Assembly: GCA_002412795.1 (NCBI GenBank)
Contig: DHVS01000029.1
Span: forward strand, 195,282-259,281
Direction: 5' to 3'
Source: a bacterium UBP2_UBA5202
GTDB lineage: Bacteria > Edwardsbacteria > AC1 > EtOH8
DNA length: 64,000 nucleotides
This document shows, in pieces, positions 35,707-43,499 of this stretch. Below the pieces are notes generated by a model. That model saw only the letters and a list, made by a program, of their open reading frames with translations, made no database searches and had not been told where the DNA came from. The position numbers were made by a program, and so were the translations under genes. The number at the start of each line of letters is the position of its first letter. Within the stretch, counting starts at the first letter, position 1.

Positions 35707-35955
35707 TTAATATTCTAATGTGAATTTCCGTACTAAAACATGCATTACAACACGTTTTTTCCCACCCCCGGCTGTACCTGATTCAACCAATTTATCAACG
35801 ATTATTTGGCCGGTTTTAAAACATTTTTTATAATCAGCCAATTTTAAATTATGCATTCCTTTCAAGTGTTTTAATATACCTCGCCCTATATCAGGATTAC
35901 CGCATACTTTACACCCTGATGTATTTTGTTGCGTGTTCTTTTTTTTTCGTGGCAT
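35707..35955 (-). CDS. MucR/Ros-like C2H2 zinc-finger protein (82 aa)
   Basis: CKVCGNPDIGRGILKHLKGMHNLKLADYKKCF resembles the Ros/MucR CxxC...HxxxxH finger followed by the (T)PxEYRxKW-like helix. An A9 run lies in codons 3-6. Confidence 0.5.
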   Translation of the reverse strand: MPRKKKNTQQNTSGCKVCGNPDIGRGILKHLKGMHNLKLADYKKCFKTGQIIVDKLVESGTAGGGKKRVVMHVLVRKFTLEY

Positions 35956-35960
35956 TTATT

Positions 35961-36021
35961 GCTCCTTTTTGTTTTGGTTTATTTTCTGACTGCCAAGATC
36001 CACCCGAGAATCCCTCCCCTG
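35961..36021 (-). repeat. Conserved 5' leader, copy 1 (upstream of the MucR-like gene)
   Basis: GCTCCTTTTTGTTTTGGTTTATTTTCTGACTGCCAAGATCCACCCGAGAATCCCTCCCCTG aligns with 36284-36347. 15-nt identical core AGATCCACCCGAGAA. Confidence 0.7.
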
Positions 36022-36064
36022 GGTATCGTTCACGTTTCACATTTCACGATACACTAAAGACCCC

Positions 36065-36277
36065 TCACTGCCTGGTCCCCTCGGTGATGGTATAGGTATA
36101 CCCATACCTCCAGCCCGTTTCCCCGGCCCCGCCCTGGTACCCCAAAGCCAGCGTCCCCTTCTCCCATTTCCGGGCCTCCTCCTCGGCGGCGAACGTTTTC
36201 TCCACCCTCCAGTCCACCGGGTCCCCGTGCTCCTGCTTACTTTTTACCGGATCATCGGTCAAGCCTGCGTATTTCAT
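36065..36277 (-). CDS. Hypothetical 70-aa protein
   Basis: MKYAGLTDDPVKSKQEHGDPVDW...EEEARKWEK...GGAGETGWRYGYTYTI. GC-rich codons. SD AAAAGGAGC. The N-terminal Y-x-G-x-T-x-D-P...EH pattern is loosely GIY-YIG-like, but no confident family. Confidence 0.55.
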   Translation of the reverse strand: MKYAGLTDDPVKSKQEHGDPVDWRVEKTFAAEEEARKWEKGTLALGYQGGAGETGWRYGYTYTITEGTRQ

Positions 36278-36283
36278 CTACCT

Positions 36284-36362
36284 GCTCCTTTTCTTTTGGT
36301 TGTTTGTTTCTGGCCTCTGCCCAGATCCACCCGAGAACCCCTCCCTGTCGGAGGGGTTCTCT
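36284..36362 (-). repeat. Conserved 5' leader, copy 2 (upstream of the 70-aa gene) plus perfect 12-bp hairpin
   Basis: Aligns with 35961-36021. Adds hairpin GAGAACCCCTCC-CTGTC-GGAGGGGTTCTC (36333-36361). Confidence 0.7.
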
Positions 36363-36436
36363 CTTTTGGTCATAACCCGCGCCCCGGCCTTATCCCTGCC
36401 GTTTGCCCGAAAACCCAGCATACTTTTGCCCGGCTC

Positions 36437-36643
36437 GGGCAGGTGCTTTTGGCCGCCCCAACTTGAGGTCGCATTTTGCGGCCTCAAGTTTGACTGTTCG
36501 GTCCGGTTCAGCCGGAACATGAAATCTTCTGGAAACCTGGCCCGGTTGCGATTGACCTGATCATTAAGCCTTTTAACGCTCACCCCGTAAAGCGCCGCCA
36601 GGTCCCGCATCCAGCAGATTTCTTTCCTGAAGACTGGTAACCG
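36437..36643 (-). pseudogene. ORF6N (KilA-N-like) domain remnant
   Basis: (RLPVFRKEICW)MRDLAALYGVSVKRLNDQVNRNRARFPEDFMFRLNRTEQSNLRPQNATSSWGGQKHLP matches the ORF6N core (DLAxLYGV..LNxxVKRNxxRFPEDFMFxL...NLRSQNATSSWGG). It lacks the usual N-terminus and start, and loses similarity after SSWGG. Confidence 0.65.
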
Positions 36644-36680
36644 GTGCAGAAGGGCGCTGCTATCCGTATATTTTCAAACG

Positions 36681-37406
36681 CTATTTGCTGTCTTGTGGCT
36701 CGCGGTTTGAATCGCGGACGACCAAAGTAGTTTCCACCTGGGCATATCTGTTCTTTCTTAGAAATGTATGCCTGCCCAATTTGTCAAAATCACCGTTTAT
36801 CCCGGTAAAGCTCATAACCTGCGTTATTAAAGGCGTATCATCCACGCTCCCGAGTATGCCCCCCAATAGGCCGGTGAGGGCTATAAGTGTGTCTGGTAAA
36901 ATAGATGCGCCGCCGGTGGCAACCGCTTTGACCACATTTTGAATGACGGTCATATAACTTTGATCCTGCTGAAGTTTTTGCAGGGCCGCCCCCGTATCGC
37001 GGATACCCTTATTGCTCTTGATTATTGAGGCCACCAGATGAATTTGGCTGGGGGGCTTTAAACTTTCGCTTGTTGGTTCCCAATAATATGCCGTGCGTTC
37101 AACCGGCAGTTCCTCGTTATCATCAACATTGGCAAAGCCTTTTATGCTTATTGTCTGCGGATTCCCTCCAAGGTTATCCACCGTTGAAAGCAGGAGGTAA
37201 AGATCCGAGTAACGGACAATCCAAGGTATGTAAGCTTGCTTATTATCAAGAATGAGCACCCGGGCCAGGCGCAATTCAAGCCCGGTAAGTTGATTGGAGG
37301 TTGGTATTCCCACCAGGCCGTAGCTTTTTACTTCCGCCAGGCTGATTGGCGCAGACGGCAGACTCATAGAGTCCACGTACAAAGTCGGCTTGATATTTAG
37401 GCTCAT
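36681..37406 (-). CDS. Hypothetical 241-aa protein of unknown family (second gene of the DUF900 operon)
   Basis: Strong SD (CTAAGGAGAATT-ATG). No Cys. Gly-zipper-like hydrophobic segment ATGGASILPDTLIALTGLLGGILGS. No motif recognised. Confidence 0.6.
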   Translation of the reverse strand: MSLNIKPTLYVDSMSLPSAPISLAEVKSYGLVGIPTSNQLTGLELRLARVLILDNKQAYIPWIVRYSDLYLLLSTVDNLGGNPQTISIKGFANVDDNEELPVERTAYYWEPTSESLKPPSQIHLVASIIKSNKGIRDTGAALQKLQQDQSYMTVIQNVVKAVATGGASILPDTLIALTGLLGGILGSVDDTPLITQVMSFTGINGDFDKLGRHTFLRKNRYAQVETTLVVRDSNREPQDSK

Positions 37407-37475
37407 AATTCTCCTTAGATTTACTGCTATTGGTTTATGATAACGATATTTTTAGCCTGGGCGCCGGTAGCAGCC

Positions 37476-38434
37476 CTATTGATTAAGCAAGCTCCGGTCA
37501 ACGCCTCTCAGGATATCTCTGATCAACGCCAGGGGTTCTTCTTCATCCAGCGCTTCCGAATGAGTATCCTTTTCGCCGGTGATGATATCTGAGATATCTA
37601 TATCGCAGACATTGTCATAAACATCGGCCCGGCCGGCCAGCCCGCTCCGGCCCAGCCGCCTGGTGCCGAAATGCTTCAAGCCCGCCGAAGCCCCCAGCAC
37701 CTGGTCTTTGCCGGTATACAGCGCCGTGATCCGGTAGCACAGGTTGGCCATCAGACTGCCGTCGCTTTCCGCCGGCTGATGCTTCTGAAAAATGTCGTTG
37801 TCCACGTCCGCCGCCACCATCACCAACTGGTGGACCAGCGTGATCAGCTGGGGATTGTTAAGCTGGCGGGAGGCGATGGCCAGGGCTTTCTGGATCACGT
37901 AATTTCCCATGCTGTGGGCGATGATGGATATCTTGGCTTTACAGGGCTTAGCCTTGTCCTTTAAGGCCAGGTGTTGGTTGGTAAGCAGGACGTTGTGCAG
38001 GCTGACCAGCATTTTGGCCAGTTCGGGCCCCGAGGCCCGGGCGTCCTCCCGGTCCGGCAGGTAACCGTAGACCGCGTCATTGGACGGCCAGCTGAAAAGA
38101 ACCAGCGCCCCCAGGCTGCCGGGACCGGAATATAGCTTGGATTTCAGGGTCATGTAGCGTTTTACGGAATCTTCCCATCCGTTATTGTACCCGTGGACGA
38201 ACAACGAAATGTGCTTTTGATCCTCGTTTTTTCCTCCCCTATCTTCGGGAATTCTAAGGCAATATCCGTCAAAGCCGCTGCAAATTCTCCCGGTTGGCAT
38301 TTCTTCCACCAATCCGGTTTTAGGTAATCGCCGCCGTTGCGCGCATTGTAATAGTACTGCATCTTTTTTCCCCTGTTTTTCCCCCAGATGCCGTTTTCGA
38401 ATATGCGGTTTGTCACCATGAATGAATCCGGCAT
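37476..38434 (-). CDS. DUF900-type alpha/beta hydrolase, reading frame interrupted by a -1 frameshift at an A6 run (38227-38232)
   Basis: Frame of ORF 38162..38434 gives the family-typical N-terminus MPDSFMVTNRIF.... Frame of ORF 37476..38534 continues with HISLFVHGYNNGWEDSV...LFSWPS...ISIIAHSMGNYV (nucleophile elbow)...VMVAADVD. The first about 100 aa of the 352-aa ORF look non-protein-like. Confidence 0.75.
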
Positions 38435-38683
38435 AGTATATTCCTTTCTTCTTTACCTGGTTAAATAATCGGCAATAAGATTTTCCGTCCTGCGGGTTTT
38501 CCCTGCGCCATGCGCAACCAGTTTTAAGTTCCACTTTATAAATGCTTTTCAGCCAGCCCCAAAAGCAGTCTTGTGCACCTGCCCGGTTTGCCTTTTTCCA
38601 TTGGTAACCGCTTTAAGCTATAAGCCGTATGCTATACGCTGTACCCTAAACCCTAAATCCCAACCCATTGCAATTACTAACCT

Positions 38684-38975
38684 TATCCCCTTGCTTACCC
38701 CCAATTCCCCCCAGGGGATATACAATTCCCCCCAGGGGGAATTCTTTTCCCCCAAGGGGAGCAACCATATCCCCCAGGGGATATTTAATCCCCCCAAGTA
38801 GAAATTATCCTTCCCCAAGGGGCGCGGCAGTTTCCCCAAGGGGGAAGACTCCTTCCCCAAGGGGCAATTACTTTCCCCTTTGTTACACAGTTCCCTCCCC
38901 CTGGGGATATTGCCAATCCCCAGGGGGAAACTGTTTTCCCCCGCCTAGCGCTGGCCCCCTTTTTCCCCGGCAGGG
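38684..38975. repeat. Array of about 12 phased 21-bp repeats, each with a CCCC-N(1-2)-GGGG palindrome (iteron-like / protein-binding array)
   Basis: Units start near 38704, 38725, 38746, 38768, 38788, 38810, 38831, 38852, 38873, 38895, 38916, 38935. Examples: TTCCCCCCAGGGGATATACAA, TTCCCCCCAGGGGGAATTCTT, TTCCCCAAGGGGCGCGGCAGT, TTCCCCAAGGGGGAAGACTCC. Intergenic, between the 121-aa gene and the DUF900 gene. Confidence 0.8.
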
Positions 38976-38988
38976 TGCGGTCAAAAAA

Positions 38989-39354
38989 TTACGCGCTCTT
39001 TTGCTTCTTGCCCCTGGACGCTTCCTTGGACATCTGCTCGCGGATCTTGCGCAACTGCTTGGACAGGGTCTGGTCCTTGCCGATGACGCCGACCATGGCG
39101 TCCATCATCGAGGAGGCCTGGATATAGGCCGCCGTGGTGGAAGCCACCGCCTTTTGGGTGGCCTTGTGCAGTTCGGCCTTCTTGGCCTCCTGGGCCGCGT
39201 CGTCAACAAAGGCCTGGTTGGTGGCTGTCTCTAAGGACGTGGTCTTGGCCGTGGTATCGAACCCGGATGCCTTGAGCGCGGCAGCGTTGTCTTTAAGGAA
39301 CTGGACTACCAGCTTGCAGAACGCCATCATCTGGGCATAGGTCAGCTTGGCCAT
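38989..39354 (-). CDS. Hypothetical all-helical 121-aa protein
   Basis: GC-rich codons. SD AAAGGAGC. Ala/Lys/Gln-rich with basic tail (KEASRGKKQKSA). No family recognised. Confidence 0.6.
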   Translation of the reverse strand: MAKLTYAQMMAFCKLVVQFLKDNAAALKASGFDTTAKTTSLETATNQAFVDDAAQEAKKAELHKATQKAVASTTAAYIQASSMMDAMVGVIGKDQTLSKQLRKIREQMSKEASRGKKQKSA

Positions 39355-39572
39355 GGGGTGCTCCTTTCAGATTTGGTTGTGGTTTTGTTATAGCTATAAG
39401 CTGTAAGCCTTCAGCTGTAAGCTTCTAATTACCGGCTGCTGGATAGCGGAGAACCTTCACGCTTCGCTTTTTGCGGCCCGGTGCCTGCCGTCCGGTTGTC
39501 TTGGCGGATATGCCTGAAGGAACACAGCCCTGCGTCCCTTCAGGCTTTTTAGTATAGATGTACTGCCCGGCG

Positions 39573-42500
39573 CTACTTCAGCGCCACCATTTTCTTAGTG
39601 CTGTTGAACTCGCCCGAGACTAAGCGGTAGAAGTAGATTCCTGCCGCCGCCTGTCTGCCCGCTTCGTCGTTGCCGTTCCATTTGACGCTGTACGGCCCGG
39701 GGTTTTGGGATTCGTTGACTAAGGTTTTTACCACCTGACCCAGGGTGTTGTAAATTTTCAGACTGACCTGGCCCTGCTTGGCCAGCTGGTAACTGATGGT
39801 TGTCTGCTTGGAGCAGGGATTGGGCGCATTCTGCATAAGTTCGTAACGGTAAGCCATGGGTTTGGCTTCGCCCATATCAGCTTGCGCTCCGCCGTTGCCG
39901 GTCTTTCTGCCGGTGGCCTTGTCATAAGCGAACAGTTCATATTTATCGCAGGTGACGATGGCCCCCTTCTTCAGGTTTACGATCTTAAGAACGCCCTCGC
40001 CATCCTGACTGACCGGCTGGGGCAGGTCCTTCTCGAAAACAGCCATTTGGCCGCTGGGAACTTTAACTGTACCCAGCGAGACATTGTCCACCCATATCTG
40101 ATAGATATAATCGGCCTTGTCTGAATATTGCTGATACAAGCTTATCTTCAGGGTGTTCTTTTGTTCGCTGTTCAGGGTCGGCAGGTAGTATTCCAAAGCC
40201 GTGCTGTCGTAGTCCACGGTTATGCCAGTGGATTTTTTAGCGCTATAGGTTATAAAGCCGTCCCTTTCCAGGGTATAGATTGACGGAGTTTCACCGCCCA
40301 CATCGGCGGACAATGCTGCTGTCACCTGGCCTGCCGAATCCCGGGCAATAAGTGAATATAATGGGCCGGTACCTTCGGTCCAAATGGTGGTCATCTTATT
40401 ACCGTCGGCATTTTGGCGATAGGCGATCTGGGGATATACAGAAGGCTGGGTCGGGTTTTTACTGTAATCTTGTTCCACCTGCCAGGCAAAATCGGCATAA
40501 TTCGCATAACAGGCCTTATAAAGTTCGTCTGTGGTTGCTTCGCTCCAGGCGATGTAATTGCCGTCAAATACCGGGTTAAGCGATGCGGTTAATGGGCTAT
40601 TGCTCACGTTCTCGGAACCTTCCCAGCTGAACGGTGTATACAAAGCTTTTGCCAATGCCAAGCCCCAGTTGCCCTTGTTGTGGAAGATATCGTTGCCCTC
40701 CTGCCAGACCACATGGATATCGCCGTAGAAGGCCAGCGAAGGCTCGTCGGAAACAACCTCCGGGCTTTGGGACAGGTTGACCTTGTTTTTCCAAGCGCTG
40801 GTATAAGGATCGTAAACTTTCCAGTATATTTCGCCCTCGTAGTCCCAGGCTACATGTATGCCGCCTTTGGAATCTATGCAGATGGTGGGAGAGGCGGGAT
40901 TCTCCTGTGGGTCGCCGCCGGAACCGCTGGTGGAATCCAGGGTATTCCAGGCAAACGCAGTCCCTCCAGCCGGGCGGAAGCCGTAAAGCAGTTTCCAGTA
41001 CCAGGTATAGCCTGAGGCGCTGTTCCAACTGTCAATTTTTTCCAAGACCAAATGGGTTCCGGCAGAATTTACCACCATGGCCGGCGGACTGGCCTGATGC
41101 ATCTGGTCCCAATAGCCCGGCGCTTCCATAAGGGTCTCAACATTCTGCCATGTGGCGCCGGTATGTTTGGCCGTTTTTAATACCCAGCCCACGCTGGGGG
41201 TCTCGGCTTTCCAGGCAATCACCGTGTCCGGGCCGTAAATACCGATGACGGAGGAGGGGTTTGTTCCTTCAGCGTAAACGGCAGGACCCGAAGCCCAAGT
41301 GCCCGACCAGGTATACCCGTCGTCTATGGAATTTTGGTAGAACACCGAATCGGCCGAGGTATATGTTAAATGCAGTTTGCCGTTGCTGTCGTAAAGCAAA
41401 TGCCGGCCGTTGTTGTAGGCCGTGGCCATTGCTGTATTGGAATTGGTGAAGGCCTTGGTGTTAATTTGTACATAGGGACTCCAGCTGCCGATATTGCAAG
41501 ATCTGTCCATGGCCGTCACATGCATTTGCAAGGTTTGACCAATTAGATAATCCGGCACAATGTAAGACCAGGTAGTTCTTTCGATGGGGGCAGAGTGATT
41601 AACCGTATATTTAGAAGATGGTTTGCTGGCAAATACGCCCACCGGTTCGGGGCAGACCCAGTAGCCACCAAAATTTGGTTCTAAAGTGGGGTCCTCTTCC
41701 GGCCAACGCAAATTAATGCATTTAGTAACAGCATCATAATAGCCAGTAGGTTGCGCAACTTGAGGCGGCTTGTCAGTGTCAAAAGTAGTTATGCTTACTT
41801 CAGTAGTATCGGTTTCCGCCTTGGGTATCCCAACCATTATATCCCAATACATTACCCTATAAGTATAATTTTTGCCTATAGAGACATTTTCATCAGTATA
41901 GGTAGTGCCCCCGTCTACAGAATCTATCAGAACATAAGCCGTGGAACCGTTAACTTTTCTGTATATATAGTTCCATCTATAGTTATTATAATCCCATTGT
42001 AGCATTATTTTTTTTCCATGTTGCCCGGCTAATTGCGTAGCAGTTAAACTAATAGGAAACCTGAGATATTCCTCTTTTAACCCGCCAGCTGGCCCAACAT
42101 TATAGTTGGCATAATTTGTCCGGTAATTAACCCATATATTTTTGTTCCATTCCATTTTTACAAAAGTATTGCCCATGCGTGTTACTGCAAAGGTTGTTTT
42201 ACCCTGCCCCGCTCCACCAGTAAAAGCCCAATCCCTATATTCCCATGGACCGGCAATCGTGGGCGCAGTATAAAAATTTAAGAGCACACCAGACGGCACA
42301 CCCGGTTGTTGTTCCCAAGTTACTTCTAATTCATTATAAATCTGATTATTTACGCTTAAGACACTAAGATCATAAGTTTCACCTTCTATTATGGCATTAT
42401 GGCTTCTCATAATCCGGCAACTATCGCCGACGGTCCACTGCCCGGCAATATCTCTTAAATTATACGAAGGGTCGTCATAATTGTGATAACCCCAATTTAT

Positions 42501-43436
42501 GCTGCCGTCGCTGCCCACGCCCTGATTGCCTACCACATCGTAAAACCACTGGCTTGCAGGGAAGGTGGCCGAATTAGCGGTTAATTGCCAGGTTGTGCCT
42601 CCGTTAGCGGTATATGCTACTTTGCCGTCGGAAAGAGCTACGCTCAGATTGTTCAAGTCTGCGGCGCTTACTTTAAATATTGCCAGCCTGGTGCCCAACG
42701 GCGTATTGGTGCCGGCCGGAAAACTATAAGTTCTATCAAACAGCACGGTATTGGCCGGATCATTACAGATTTGCCAATTGCCGCCGCCATCGCTGCTTCT
42801 GGAAATTAAGCAGCTGTTATCCCCGCTCACTATAATTTGGCTGCTGTTGGCTGGGTTGACCCAAAGCCCGTGATACCAAAGGGAAAGCGAATCGGCATTG
42901 GGCGAAGGCCGTTTTTGGGTAGGCAACCAAGTGGTGCCATTGTACTTTAACACCACACCATCCCCGCAGCCAATATAGCCATAATAGTAACTGCCGCTGG
43001 CAATCATTTTAATTGACAGGAAGGGATAGGTGGCAGACCATTCAGTTCTCCACGTACTACCCCCATCGGTAGTCCTTAACAGTATCCCCGAATATCTATC
43101 AGTTCCGGTGTTCTTATAGCCCACTATCCAGCCGTTTAGCGTCCCGGCAAAACAGACATCCATAAAATCATAGTCGGCCTGGCTTGTTATTACTGATTTT
43201 TCCTGCCAGTTCCATCCGCCATCGGCGGTATAAAGCACGGCCCCTTTGGTTCCCACGGTCCACAGTTTGTACCCGTCTATCTTGGCTATGCCTTTCAAGT
43301 CGCGGTCTATACCCGGTTCTGTTCCATGACCCAATTGCACCACCCAGTCGCCTTCGGCGTAATAAGTGTCGCCAAGGCTTTGTCCGGCCAATCCAACGGC
43401 CAATAACAGGGCAATTAAAAGTATTCTCTTTTTCAT
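39573..43436 (-). CDS. Large secreted BNR/Asp-box beta-propeller protein with T9SS-type C-terminal sorting domain
   Basis: Likely start MKKRILLIALLLAVGLAGQSLG at 43436 (signal peptide). Asp-box motifs TADGGWNW, TTDGGSTW, SSDGGGNW, TANGGTTW, SIDDGYTW. C-terminus NAPNPCSKQTTISYQL...LKIYNTLGQVVKTLVNE...GIYFYRLVSG...KKMVALK. Confidence 0.82.
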   Translation of the reverse strand: MKKRILLIALLLAVGLAGQSLGDTYYAEGDWVVQLGHGTEPGIDRDLKGIAKIDGYKLWTVGTKGAVLYTADGGWNWQEKSVITSQADYDFMDVCFAGTLNGWIVGYKNTGTDRYSGILLRTTDGGSTWRTEWSATYPFLSIKMIASGSYYYGYIGCGDGVVLKYNGTTWLPTQKRPSPNADSLSLWYHGLWVNPANSSQIIVSGDNSCLISRSSDGGGNWQICNDPANTVLFDRTYSFPAGTNTPLGTRLAIFKVSAADLNNLSVALSDGKVAYTANGGTTWQLTANSATFPASQWFYDVVGNQGVGSDGSINWGYHNYDDPSYNLRDIAGQWTVGDSCRIMRSHNAIIEGETYDLSVLSVNNQIYNELEVTWEQQPGVPSGVLLNFYTAPTIAGPWEYRDWAFTGGAGQGKTTFAVTRMGNTFVKMEWNKNIWVNYRTNYANYNVGPAGGLKEEYLRFPISLTATQLAGQHGKKIMLQWDYNNYRWNYIYRKVNGSTAYVLIDSVDGGTTYTDENVSIGKNYTYRVMYWDIMVGIPKAETDTTEVSITTFDTDKPPQVAQPTGYYDAVTKCINLRWPEEDPTLEPNFGGYWVCPEPVGVFASKPSSKYTVNHSAPIERTTWSYIVPDYLIGQTLQMHVTAMDRSCNIGSWSPYVQINTKAFTNSNTAMATAYNNGRHLLYDSNGKLHLTYTSADSVFYQNSIDDGYTWSGTWASGPAVYAEGTNPSSVIGIYGPDTVIAWKAETPSVGWVLKTAKHTGATWQNVETLMEAPGYWDQMHQASPPAMVVNSAGTHLVLEKIDSWNSASGYTWYWKLLYGFRPAGGTAFAWNTLDSTSGSGGDPQENPASPTICIDSKGGIHVAWDYEGEIYWKVYDPYTSAWKNKVNLSQSPEVVSDEPSLAFYGDIHVVWQEGNDIFHNKGNWGLALAKALYTPFSWEGSENVSNSPLTASLNPVFDGNYIAWSEATTDELYKACYANYADFAWQVEQDYSKNPTQPSVYPQIAYRQNADGNKMTTIWTEGTGPLYSLIARDSAGQVTAALSADVGGETPSIYTLERDGFITYSAKKSTGITVDYDSTALEYYLPTLNSEQKNTLKISLYQQYSDKADYIYQIWVDNVSLGTVKVPSGQMAVFEKDLPQPVSQDGEGVLKIVNLKKGAIVTCDKYELFAYDKATGRKTGNGGAQADMGEAKPMAYRYELMQNAPNPCSKQTTISYQLAKQGQVSLKIYNTLGQVVKTLVNESQNPGPYSVKWNGNDEAGRQAAAGIYFYRLVSGEFNSTKKMVALK

Positions 43437-43499
43437 TTTTGTTCCCCTTTTGGTTTTTTGGTAATTGTCAGTTAAATTAACCGTTTTACCATATTGCAA

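Noticed and set aside
36278-36436. C-terminal part of ORF 36278..36610 as coding
   Set aside because: Similarity to ORF6N ends at SSWGG. The remainder overlaps the duplicated 5' leader and hairpin of the downstream 70-aa gene and is low-complexity.
38235-38534. N-terminal ~100 aa of the 352-aa ORF 37476..38534 as real coding sequence
   Set aside because: The translation (MELKTGCAWRRENPQDGKSYCRLFNQVKKKG...) is R/K/C-rich and unlike DUF900 proteins. The overlapping frame, by contrast, gives the family-typical MPDSFMVTNR N-terminus. A frameshifted gene is the better model.
38684-38975. CRISPR array
   Set aside because: Period is only about 21 bp with about 8-nt variable parts. There are no 25-40-nt repeats or unique spacers, and no cas genes in the window.
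38668-39234. + strand ORF translating the 21-bp array as a [SP]PRGxxx heptad-repeat protein (and the minus ORF 38618..38860)
   Set aside because: - It has only a TTG start and no SD.
- Its second half is antisense to the well-supported 121-aa gene.
- Both strands stay open simply because the C/G-run cores cannot encode stops.
- The conservation pattern (palindromic core, variable spacer) fits DNA-level rather than protein-level selection.
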